NCBI RefSeq assembly: GCF_006345805.1 | Contig: NC_042997.1 | Coordinates: forward strand, 36,084,001 to 36,148,000 | Direction of reading: 5' to 3' | DNA from: Octopus sinensis | Taxonomy: Eukaryota | DNA length: 64,000 bases | In this document: in pieces, positions 1 through 11,080 of the stretch | How the letters are laid out: the number at the start of each line of letters is the position of its first letter | Position numbering within the stretch: position 1 is the stretch's first letter | Position numbers and translations under genes: made by a program | Notes under the pieces: model-generated | Databases searched by the model: none | What the model was told of the DNA's origin: nothing | The model's input: the letters and a program-made list of their open reading frames with translations, nothing else

Positions 1-1436
1 CTGCATCACTTAACTTGCAATTCGGCCAAACATGGTGGAATATGAATGCATTACTCAGAAGAACACTGAACAATGTTGGTCTTAAAAGACGTATTACAGC
101 AATCTAATTATTTTCTATTTGTTGAGCATCTTATTCAAACCTAAATCCGGCAAGCAATAACGCTTATACAACGCTATTTTTGAGCGGTTTATGTTAATTA
201 TGCAACGTCACCATCTACGACTGTGGAATAATAATACATTTATCAATTTGCATTGGTAGGTAAATTACGTATATCTCTTCATATAGATGTTTTTGTTTTC
301 TCTTTGAGTAAGCTGCTAGATTTTTGAAAGTTTTCTTGCGCCAAATATGTTTCAAATTTAAGTTATTGCATACAGGTGAAGTACCACTCAAGTTACAAAC
401 TTTGTTAAGAAAAGGAAATTAATTTACATATCCCTATATATATCCCTATTTATACATCATCTACAGAGCGCACACAAGTGTAAATGTAGATAAATTTGCA
501 TAATTTCAATAATTGCTACAGGCAAAACCACTTTGCTTAATGCCGTTTCGTGCACAATTAATGTATGTATGTGTGTTTGTGAGTGAGTGTTTGTGTGTAT
601 GTGGTTGTGCGTATGCATATGATTATTAATTTTATATCTGTGTATATACATAGATGTATTTACATATGTATCTTTATGTGCGTCTAAAGTTTGGTCTACA
701 TACCACAAATGTTATTACATATATATATATATATATGTGTGTGATTGTGTGTTAAATATGTATTTTATAATCGTTTGAATCTTGGCTTCTGAAATCAATG
801 AAATGGTCATTTAATATATCGTTAACTTCGTATTTTTCAATTTGGCATACACTACCATTCAACCGAATCGATGATAAGTGTTATATTAATGACGCTTTTC
901 ATAGGCTAATATTTAGAAGAATAGGAAACTTTATAATAGAAATATGACTTACGATGTTTATTACGCCTGTCCATTATGCTACTTGTACAGAAAAAAACTA
1001 AAAAGTATTTCGGTTGCAACAATAAAATGTTGATGGCTTGCTTATTTATTAGGAATCCAATCTCCTGTATGCGTCACACAACGGAAATAACAGAGAGATT
1101 ATCCTTTATAGTAGGGCCATTTTATATATTTGTCATAATTATTTGATTACTAGTTTCTTACATAAAATAATCGTTAAAAATAGGAAGGGTATTGACTATT
1201 TAAATAAGGTTATTCCTGTTCCCAGTGGACATTAGTAACTTACTTGTTGTTTCACATGAAATAATGCAGCGAAATGGGAATACTTCTACGGCAGATGGTG
1301 CTGTAGGGCTCGTAACATTAACGCAAAAGAATACAGGACGTGTCTATAGACATGATACGCCTTAGGATACTTACTGTATAATTCAATTATTAAACTACAT
1401 CCTTTAATTTTTGCCTTGCCAAAATACAATCAGTTC

Positions 1437-1467
<31 letters not shown>

Positions 1468-1475
1468 GATTGCAA

Positions 1476-1550
<75 letters not shown>

Positions 1551-2002
1551 GTGTGTGTGTGTGTATATGCGTGTGTGTGTGCGTGTATTTTATTAATGAG
1601 ATGTTAGCATCCATACATACGAGCTTATGTCTGAGTGGGTGTATCTGCTTGCGTGCGTGTGGGTTAGTCAGTGTCTGTGTGTGTGTGTACGGATATGAAT
1701 ACATAAAACAAAGTAATGATGATACTTGTATTACATTTATCCCTGGCTTAAATCTGTTTCAAGAACTTGTGATCAAATGAATTAGTCAACAAGTTGGTAA
1801 CGTTGATATAATTACCCGTATGCCATTTACCATTTGATACTGAATATGTAATGCAAAATCCATGCTCATTTTTACATAACTGAATAAATATATTCAAACG
1901 AATTAGAAATTGAATATCATATATTCATCTTCTTCCATCTTTTTACATAAATTACTTAACTTATTCTGTCGACACAGCTCTAACCAATGAGTACAAAATA
2001 CA

Positions 2003-2422
2003 TACTCTTTTACTCTTTACTCTTTTACTTGTTTCAGTCATTTGACTGCGGCCATGCTGGAGCACCGCCTTTAGTCGAGCAAATCGACCCCGGGACTTAT
2101 TCTTTGTAAGCCCAGTACTTATTCTATCGGACCCTTTTGCTGAACCGCTAATTGACGGGGACGTAAACACACCAGCATCGGTTGTCAAGCATTGCTAGGG
2201 GGACAAACACAGACACACAAACATATACACACTCACTTATATACATATATACATATATACGACAGGCTTCTTTCAGTTTCCGTCTACCAAATCCACTCAC
2301 AAGGCATTGGCCGGCCCGGGGTTTTAGCAGAAGACACTTGCCCAAGATGCCACGCAGTGGGACTGAACCCGGAACCATGTGGCTGGTTAGCAAGCTACTT
2401 ACCACACAGCCACTCCTGCGCC
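2003..2422 (-). mobile_element. tRNA-derived SINE, family A (probably the octopus OK-type SINE), full length
   Basis: The reverse complement starts GGCGCAGGAGTGGCTGTGTGGTAAG (A-box-like), has GGTTCAGTCCC (B-box-like), an internal (TA)/(TG) linker and an (AGTAAAAG)n tail. It is near-identical to copies at 31321, 43814 and 61733. The family name is from recall. Confidence 0.9.
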
Positions 2423-3114
2423 ATGTACAAGTTATTTTTAAAAGAACGCTGTGAATAACATAGGCATCTAATAAAGTATGGTCTTACATAAAAGCAATAC
2501 AGTGTAATAATTTTCAACTTGAGTTTAGGATATTTATTTCATATGGTGTTAAAGCCGCGTTCATTTATGCTGCGGAACTACATAGTCTCAGATGTAATTT
2601 CAGTGATATCAGATAGAATTTGGGATTTCGCCAGCCTCTCTATTCCGTTTAGATTCACATTCACAGTTCAATTTTTACAAGCTTAAATCAATTATTGCTT
2701 CTAAAAATACTATTGATATATATTTTTTTTGGGAGAAAATCAGATTGTGGGTGAATTCCATACTTAATTGGTAAATTCCATCGTATCTTGATGCTCATAC
2801 TCCATAATTACCCAGAAAGCTCTGCTGTAAGTAAACTAGTTAATGAGACCTGTAGCTTCAATCAACGTAATTGTATATAGATATGTGTGTGTTCAAATCA
2901 TTTTATCCAGTGAAATTTGCCCTGGTTACAATGTATTATTATATGTGCTTCGGAAGTTAATGCTTAGTGGAATGACTTCGATCGACATTGGGATAAAATT
3001 ATAACACGGAATAACATCCATGTAAAAATATCAGATTGGGAATTTCTCATTATTGTAAAATTAATGTTTTGATATATATATATATATACATGCATGTGTG
3101 CGTGCGTGTGTGTG

Positions 3115-3205
<91 letters not shown>

Positions 3206-3459
3206 AGAAAGAAAGAAAGAAAGAAAAATGTTATACAGATGATGAGTACAGTATTTTTCAGTAATGAAATTACTAGATACTTCTCTTTCAGATAATGAAG
3301 GCCAATGCACCTTAAAAATCGGTTGTTCATAAATAGAATGTGTTTGCTCTGGGATAAACCAAAATAGCAACAACAGAATTAGGCTAACATTCTAACAACC
3401 CCTATAGTCTTAGAAAAATATAAATTTCATTAATGTTTATTTCAAATATTAGTATAAGG

Positions 3460-3640
3460 GCTGCAGTTTCAGTGTAGTGGTTGAGTTGATTGCATCATCT
3501 TGTACTTATTCTATCTACCACCGAAAGGATGAAAGGGAAGTTCGACATCGGCGGAATTTCAACTCAAAAGGTGAAGACAGACGAAATGTCTCTAATTATT
3601 TTGCCAAGCGGGGTGACGATTCTGCCAGCTCACCGTTCTA
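3460..3640 (-). mobile_element. SINE family C fragment (head GGCGGCGAGCTGGCAGAA, core GTCGACTTTGCCTTTCATCCTTTCGG), diverged
   Basis: GAAAGGATGAAAGGGAAGTTCGACATCGGCGGAATTTCAACTC...GATTCTGCCAGCTCACC matches the reverse complement of copies at 5160, 14535 and 23860. Confidence 0.6.
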
Positions 3641-3724
3641 TTAACATTGTATTAAAAACAACATTCTCCCACAACAAACATTAAACTCTTTTAAACTTAT
3701 GAATCAACTTTCAGAGAAATTATA

Positions 3725-4000
3725 TCACGAAACTCACTAAATACAATCAAGAGGTTCTTGAAAATTGCAGCTCCAGCAAAGATTAGAGTATATAAATCCA
3801 AATAGTTTGCCCGTTCCAATATATATTGCACAGAATCTATAGAGGAGCAACGATGTTCACCCATATTTGCTCGGCGTTCATAGTGCAACAGAAATTTATG
3901 AAGAGCTGCCTTCTTTGCTCTAAAACAACATTCGTTACAATAAAGCAAAGGTATAACACCTTAAATTATAAATTCCAACCCACTATTTAAGCACAGGAGA
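3725..4000 (+). mobile_element. Possible highly decayed non-LTR retrotransposon thumb-region fragment (CR1/L2-like)
   Basis: Hand translation with frameshifts gives ...KIRVYKS...YCTE...IVQQKFMKSCL...RYNTL..., resembling the KLYKSLVRP..EY / RVQRRFTK / YEERL pattern of LINE ORF2 C-termini. Several frameshifts are needed. Confidence 0.3.
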
Positions 4001-4410
4001 TGCGTCATGAAATCACAAAATAAGTTCTCGAACAAGGCACTCATATATTCATAACACCGTAATAGAAGCAATAGAAAATATATAAAAAGCAATGTGTATA
4101 TACATACGATCTACAATTGTATCAACTAACCCAAGAGACCAGAAGCTAAATTCATAAATAATAACATGGACATGCCCAAAATATCACCATTAGAAGAGAC
4201 TTTAACACGCAGAATGTTAACAGTACAAAATCAATAAGTACAAGACAACACGAAACATGTTAGCTATCATATCAAAACTGCTTCTACATCCAAACATATC
4301 TCTCCGTCAGTGACATATATCACCGGGATAAATACATTTATTTTTCTCCGTGTATCATTTAGGATAACAGAAATAAATGACACGAGATAACTCAGCCGAT
4401 CACTCTTACA

Positions 4411-4440
4411 CTTTAAGAGACAAAGCTGTCGAAACGTTAG
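4411..4440 (+). ncRNA. Degenerate minimal hammerhead-like motif
   Basis: CTTTAAGA-GACA-AAGC-TGTC-GAAAC-GTT has a perfect 4-bp helix II and a GAAAC/AACGTT palindrome, but the CUGAUGA box is mutated. Confidence 0.3.
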
Positions 4441-4541
4441 AGGTATTTGTCGAACCACAACCACAAAAACATATTTACATTTCGCTGTTTCGAGCAACAT
4501 CAAAATGCTAACATACAGAGAGCAATACATATATTCTATGC

Positions 4542-4923
4542 GTGGAGGCGCAATGGCCCAGTGGTTAGGGCAGCGGACTCACGGTCGCAGGATCGCGGTT
4601 TCAATTCCCAGACCGGGCATGGTGAGTGTTTATTGAGCGAAAACACCTAAAGCTTCACAAGGCTCCTGCAGGGGGTGGTGGTGAACCCTGCTGTACTCTT
4701 TCACCACAACTTTCTCTCACTCATTCTTCCTGTTTCTGCTGTACCTGTATTTCAAAGGGCCAGCCTTGTCACACTCTGTGTCACGCTGAATCTCCTCGAG
4801 AACTACGTTAAGGGTACACGTGTCTGTGGAATGCTCAGCCACTTGCACGTTAATTCCACGAGCAAGCTGTTCCGTTGATCGTATCAGCTGGGACCCTCAT
4901 CGTCGTAACCGACGGAGTGCTCC
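4542..4923 (+). mobile_element. tRNA-derived SINE, family B (probably the octopus OR-type), full length with 12-bp TSD
   Basis: Head GGAGGCGCAATGGCCCAGTGGTTAGG...GGTTTCAATTCCC. The direct repeat TATATTCTATGC lies at 4530-4541 and 4924-4935. It is colinear with the copy at 23436-23832. Confidence 0.9.
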
Positions 4924-5159
4924 TATATTCTATGCACTAAACGCAAAGAGGCATCAAAAGAATACAATGCGAAATATATTATAAAACCACATTATTTGCA
5001 CACGGCAAATAGCTAATCCAATACGGTTATATTTAAGTGTATCCTCAGCATTGCATAGGTATAATTAGAAGAGAATATCAAAAATAATTATCGAATGAAA
5101 TAATAAATTGAAGATAACCAATTTAAAAATTGAATCTCATTGTAGGAAAGTAAAATTAA

Positions 5160-5308
5160 GCGAGGTCGACTTTGCCTTTCATCCTTTCGGGATCGATAAA
5201 TTAAGTACCAGTTACGCACTGGAATCGATGTAATCGACTTAATACCTATGTCTGTCCTTGTTTGTCCCCTCTGTGTTTAGCCCCTTGTGGGTAATAAAGA
5301 AATAGGTA
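5160..5308 (+). mobile_element. SINE family C, 3' half
   Basis: GAGGTCGACTTTGCCTTTCATCCTTTCGGGATCGATAAATTAAGTACCAG...GATGTAATCGACT...GGTAATAAAGAAATAGGTA; this core recurs many times in the window. Confidence 0.75.
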
Positions 5309-5765
5309 ATTAAGTTGCTGATGCTCAAATTTATGTATGTTTGCCGTGATTGATATCTACCATATGAAGTATCACACATTTATCTATACTATGAAGCGTG
5401 AAAAATTATTGAAATGCTAAAAAATAATTCGCAAAGCAATACTGTTTTATCATTAACTCTAAATTTCTTGTGGCAATGCTTAAATGTACAGAATATCAAG
5501 AAATGATTACCGAGCAAAAAGTAATCACATATCCTTTTCAATCCATTTACAATATGAATGATCATAATGCAAAAAGAAAAAAAAGGAAACGTGCATGTAC
5601 ATTGAAAAAAACTGACATCGGCCAACTAACGATGAAAACTATTTTGTTTGTGAATAGCATCTATCTCAGCTCAGTTTCTCTAGGACTCTTGGAAATCGAT
5701 GAAAGTTGATATGAATAATGGAATACTTGTTAGAGTATAGGTGGAATATGTCGAGTTAGTTACTG

Positions 5766-6320
5766 AAGGTGTTACGTTTTGTGTAGGGATAGATATTGAT
5801 AGAGAACTTTTGCCTTCATCAGCGCCTTGATAAAGTCGTTATTAAACTAAAATCTGAAAATGTCAACGTCTTGATAAATATGAAACAATGCGTTTATTGC
5901 TTGAAAGAATGATCTCAATCAGCAATAGTTTCAGTTGTTACATCATCACTTCAATATCGACAAAATCTCGATATTAATTCACATATCTCATCTTCGATAG
6001 TACTTAAAATGATAGGAAAAATATTACTTCGATATCAACAACATTATCCTTCAATTTTATATCAAACGATTACACTTAGATACCATAATCAATCCACTTC
6101 TACTTCAACTACACACATATGAAGAACTTACTAAACATCTCTAAAATATGATTAAAATCTGTTCCAGGTGAACTAATTATAAGATCATCAAGATTATTGA
6201 TTACAAGGAGACATTGCACGATTTGCAAGAAGAATTGCTGAATAAAGCAAGGAAATGCCCTCCTGCTGAATAGTTTAATTGAGAAATATAAGAATTTCCG
6301 ACCCAAGAAGAAATAATAGT
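5766..6320 (+). mobile_element. Possible decayed Penelope-like element: RT core/thumb relic preceded by an inverted hammerhead-like terminal segment
   Basis: Hand translation gives ..DNAFIA(W)KNDLNQQ.. (YIDDxFxxW-like, about 5880-5930) and KSVPGELIIRSSRL..DYKETLHDLQEELLNK (KSIPxSxxxRxxRI-like, about 6154-6245). A minus-strand CTGATGA...AAACGTA lies at 5766-5828. Heavily frameshifted. Confidence 0.35.
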
Positions 6321-6419
6321 TTTCTACGATATATGTGTGTGTGAGAGAGATTGCGGTATGTGCGTGCGTATGTGTGCATGTGTATATGCTTATGTGTATG
6401 TGTGGTGTGTGATTGTGTG

Positions 6420-6457
<38 letters not shown>

Positions 6458-8115
6458 GTGTATGGATATTTATGTGAGTACGATTTTGTATGTGCTTGTG
6501 TAACGTTGGAATTTTCTGTAAGTTAGCGGCGCACAGCTACCGCATTTCTATAACGACCCACAAATCTGAATCCTTCCTGTTTGCCTGTCTCTCCCTTTCT
6601 CCTCTCCCTCTTTCTCCCCTTCTCTCACACACACACACACACACTATCTCTCTCTCTTTCACTCTCTCTGGATCTGGGACATATTACGAGTAGTACGCCA
6701 TTAAATAACCATCAGTAGACCATATCTTTCCCACTCAAATCATGCAAGCAATAAAAAAGAGAAGCATTAACCATTTTATTTTCTTATAGTATATGATTTC
6801 TATAATGCACATTAAAAAAATACGCGTCCCAAAATGCTACTGTTTCTGTTGTTCAAGTTGACTGGGATTCCGACGCCTTTTTTTGAACCAATATTTATAA
6901 GGATGAGGCATTTTTGAAACTTTTGTTTTTATTTCCCACACAACACTTATTATGGAATGCATAATATAAAACACGTTAAAGTGCTCATTTTTTTGTCGGG
7001 GAATACCTAGATAACTGGCGCTGTAAAATCAACAGCATCATTTGATTATATACATATCGGAAAAATGTAACTAAATCAGAAATATCAGTATGATTTAAAG
7101 AAGAAGCGAAGAGAAATTGATTTTAGAGGAAATTGTTGAAAACTGATGCAGGTTAAATGCATTCCATAATATTTTGAAGAATAACAAACTTTTTATTATC
7201 CTTTATCAAATTGATGCACTAGTGTAAACCTTTGAGAAATATATTTTCTCAGAATATTATTACGTTTTCAGTTAAATATATGGATATGCTTGTTCAGTTT
7301 TCTATTGATTATATCGACCCGTTCTATAAATTTTAACATAATCAAGAAAGAATGAATAAACACAAAAAAATATTTCTGCATTTGCTTCGCATGTTTCCTA
7401 GGGGGGAATAATATTTTTTTATTGTTCATAATTTAAATTGTTTTGCAAAACATTGAAATTTCAGAAGAATGTACACATTCATTTAATGAATGCTATTGTG
7501 ATTTTGTATACGCAATAAAAAGACTGCAATATAATATCCCTGGATTTTCTAAAAGAATTAATGTTGTACATAGTATTATCGTATTACTAATATATTAATT
7601 TTTGCATGATTTTAGTAATATTGTACCAATATTATAATACAATGATTATTTCTAATAATATATATTTTATTTTGCTTGTGCTTTCCTTTTACTGTTAAAT
7701 GGATATGTGTATGTGTGTGTGTAAGTGTGTGTGTATGTGTGTATAGTCCATATAAATAAAAAAAGTGAAAAATGAATGGGCAGGAATTGAAAAGAATGAA
7801 TTTAATGGGCAGCTAAACAATTAACGTATATTTACATGTGACCCCCTTATATAGTTATGGTATGTAGCTACAACAATTGTATCAATGGTGAATCAAAATA
7901 ATGCTACAGTGTACAGGCACTAAGCTGCGTATTACATCGGTGTTTAGAAATAGCATAAATCACAAATTTAATGCAGTGGGAAAATACGCACATTATATTT
8001 ATTGTTTTACTCTTTTGAAAAATAAAGGTAAATCTCTCAGAAACGCGAGAGAAAAAAATGCAAAATTTTTAATTATAAAATTCAGATATGCAAGTGAATT
8101 AATAATAAGCCAAAA

Positions 8116-8683
8116 TATTGGGTTGTCCGGAAAGTTCGTGCCAATTTTTAAAGGAGAAAAAGAGGTCAATAAATACTTGCCATTACATTTTTAATCAACC
8201 AAATATGAATCATGTTTCACAAAGCGTCTCCATATTTTCTTTAACTTGACAATACCCTCTTCCCAGAATTGAGGCGGTTTTATGGCAAAGAATTCATCAA
8301 GGTATGTTTTTACGTCATCCAAGGAAGTGAAATTTTTACCATTAAAACTATTCTGCAGAGACCTGAATAAGTTGAAATCCGAAGGAGCAATATCTGGTAA
8401 ATATGGAGGGCGGGGGTAACACATCCTATACGAGCTGCAGCAATTTGTGTCTGGTTCCTAAAGCGTCAAGTGCCGAAAATGAACTTTCTTATCTTCCATT
8501 TTAGAGAGGTACAGAATTAACACAAGTTATAGGAACGTAAACCTTCTTCCACGAAAAGATAGCTTAAACCGTGCTCTAAATGGAGGTGTAGCCAAATCCT
8601 ATTTCATGGACTCAAACATGTTCTGAAATAAGTCGAAAGTTAAGCTGCTATAAATCGGCACGAACTTTACGGACAACCCAATA
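8116..8683 (-). mobile_element. Internally deleted mariner transposon with both TIRs and TA duplication
   Basis: TA-TTGGGTTGTCCGGAAAGTTCGTGCC (8116-) and GGCACGAACTTTACGGACAACCCAA-TA (-8683) are inverted repeats. The minus strand reads MEDKKVHFRHL from the ATG at 8499, fused to the C-terminal ..PPYLPDIAPSDFNLFRSLQNSFNGKNF..LDEFFA.KP..FWEEGI.KL (YSPDLAPSD motif of mariner transposase). Confidence 0.95.
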
Positions 8684-8849
8684 ACTACTTTCACATTGCT
8701 ACTCAATCCTAATTTGACTTCATATTTTGAATATTTTCAAAATGAGAAGCACTTTGCAATATGTTCCTCTGCATAAGAAAAATGATTAGTAATCATATTT
8801 ATTATTATCATTATCATTATTGATAAGGCGGCAAGCTGGCATTAGTTTT

Positions 8850-9672
8850 CGGTAGGTCTTGACAGATACGTTTATGTCGATTGGGACAGTCATATCAATG
8901 AGGAAGTATGAATTTGTCTGAAGTCTTTCAAAATGATGTCTGGCCTATTTGCATCTATCTTTCTGTTAGTTTAAATGGTGAAGTTCCAGGGGAGTTAGAT
9001 GTCATTTTCAAGCAAAGTTTTTACCATGTGGCAAGTCTAGGTTGTGGCTAATTACCCAGTGAATATATTGTGCAGCTCTATCATGCCTGTTGAGATTCTC
9101 TATAGGCGAAAGAAAACTGCACATGGAGACTACATGATCAATGGTCTCATTTTGTTGTTGAAATATTGGGTAGCTGCCGATCTGTAATATGTTGGCCTGG
9201 TAGTTCCTTATAGGTAAGCATTGATCTTGGGCTGCTATGATAAACCCTTCTGTTTCTGATTTTAAACCAGAAGACATTAGCCATTGATGAATAAGGGCTT
9301 TGTCAACATCGGCATTATTCGCTCCCTATGGTTATTTGCCATTGACAGGCTATTCTTGCCATTTATCAATCAGAAGTTTTAGCTCACGTTTTCAAGCGCT
9401 TAACTTTTTCCGCACTTGTTTCTAGTACGTCTAATTCTGGAATTTTTTGTATTCGGAATTCACTTAGATATTCCGTTGCCTGTTTTGTTGTTGAGTATCA
9501 TGCCTTCTTGTTTTGAGACAAGTTTTAACATGTTTTGAGACAAGTTTTAGCATCCAGTCCTCAGAATTTTTCAGGTAGGTATCTAGGCCAATTGTGGCAA
9601 TATTCATTGTTAATGCCAGTTGTAAAAGATCACGGCCTCCTTCTTTTCTTGGCAGATAAAGTCGTTCTATAT
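8850..9672 (-). mobile_element. R4/Dong-clade non-LTR retrotransposon fragment (thumb, CCHC region, restriction-like endonuclease)
   Basis: The minus strand gives IERLYLPRKEGGRDLLQL, LKSETEGFIIAAQDQCLPIRNY..ETIDHVVSMCS..RHDRAAQYIHW and LIDMTVPIDINVSVKTY, which are characteristic R4/Dong motifs. Stops and frameshifts are present. Confidence 0.9.
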
Positions 9673-9673
9673 T

Positions 9674-9707
<34 letters not shown>

Positions 9708-9853
9708 CCACCGCCACCATCATCATCATCATAATCATCATCATCGTCATCATCATCATCATATCATCATCATCATCATCATCATCACCATTGTTGTTGT
9801 TGTTGTTGTTGTTGCTGTTGTTGTTGTTGTTGTTGTTGTTATTATTATTATTA

Positions 9854-9886
<33 letters not shown>
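9673..9886. repeat. Compound trinucleotide microsatellite (CAT)n-(TGT)n-(ATT)n
   Basis: Directly visible; it produces the spurious poly-H/V/I/L ORF 9535-9990. Confidence 0.97.
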
Positions 9887-9887
<1 letters not shown>

Positions 9888-10079
9888 TTTTTTTTTATTA
9901 AATCAGCGATCGGGCGCAATCTTTTGCACGTTTGTCACTTTTACTGATCAGTGGTCTATTCAAACCACTCAAGAACAATTCAGAAACTAATGTGTTTCCG
10001 TAATTCCAGTGTCATATGCTGTAGTATGGATAAATGTAGCTGTGCTATTATTGACAGGTAGGTGTCTCCTGCATTTTGC

Positions 10080-11080
10080 CACTCAACAACCTTGTCAGTT
10101 TTTGTAATCCTCCTACATTTAGAAGACAACATTGAAAGAGATCATGTGTTCATCCCTGAGTAATGTAAAATAGCTGTTGAGTTAACAGGCTCACTATTTC
10201 TTAAGGAATTCTATGACAGGCCACATCTCCTTTTCAATTGATGATAGATTTATTCAAGGTGAGAAAAGTGCTGAAGAAGAAAGCAACAGGTTTATTACTC
10301 AGTGAAAAGACGGCCAAGATTATAGTTCTTGAAGCATTAATTTCAACATGTAGTGGGAACATAGTCAAGAGGCATTAAGTTATTGACGCTGTAATAAGAC
10401 GAATAAGATTTAAGTGTCATTTTCACGATTGAAATATAAGATTTAGTTCGGGGTTCAATTAGTTCAGAGAAACGAGTCACCCGTTTTGGGATTTTACTAA
10501 ACAAACGTAGTCGTGGTTTTGCGTTGCTAGGTGTCAAATAATCAATGAGAGGTTTCAATCTTTCCGGGTCAGGCTGCAGAGAATTATTTTCTGTTTTGTA
10601 TTTTATGTAATAAATGGATCTACAGCGAACAAGAGATGCATTGTTGAAAGAATGTTACGTCTCCCATTGACGCTGTAATATTTTTTTCATGATCTCATCA
10701 TGCTTCTCAATAATTTTGCGAATGGCAATAAAAATGTCAAGACGGACTTGTACGACTTTGATTACATTAACAGTAATTACACCATCAATCACAGTTTGAA
10801 AAGGGCTAGGGTATTACATACACCAAAAGTTGTCTTTTTAAATTCAAATAACGACTGTCAACTAGAAAGGCATTAATAAATGCATCATGTAGCTTTACGC
10901 TGCTGCAGATTTTCTCTTAGGCCCACAAATGCACGTAATCTTCACCATTAATGACACAGTAAGGAAATTTTGTCTGTGAATAATAGATAAAACATCATTT
11001 TCTTCTCTTCGTTACTACCACCACCAGTTAGGTTTGATTCGTAGAGAATGACATTACAATAATATCCTCATTGTCAAGGG
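10080..11080 (-). mobile_element. Decayed Ty3/Gypsy LTR-retrotransposon pol relic (RT-RNase H)
   Basis: In order on the minus strand across frameshifts: IYYSQT (IDYSQT-like, about 10972-10989), FQTVIDGVI (about 10774-10800), SLQPDPERLKPL (10547-10580), EINAS (ETDAS-like, about 10330-10344), NKPVAFF (about 10276-10296), SIEKEM..VIEFLKK (about 10200-10241). No LTRs seen. Confidence 0.75.

Noticed and set aside
4544-4620. tRNA-like sequences at the SINE heads (also 23438, 36530-36603, 43814, 61733)
   Set aside because: They have A/B-box-like motifs but continue into SINE bodies with tails and TSDs; they are not complete tRNA genes.
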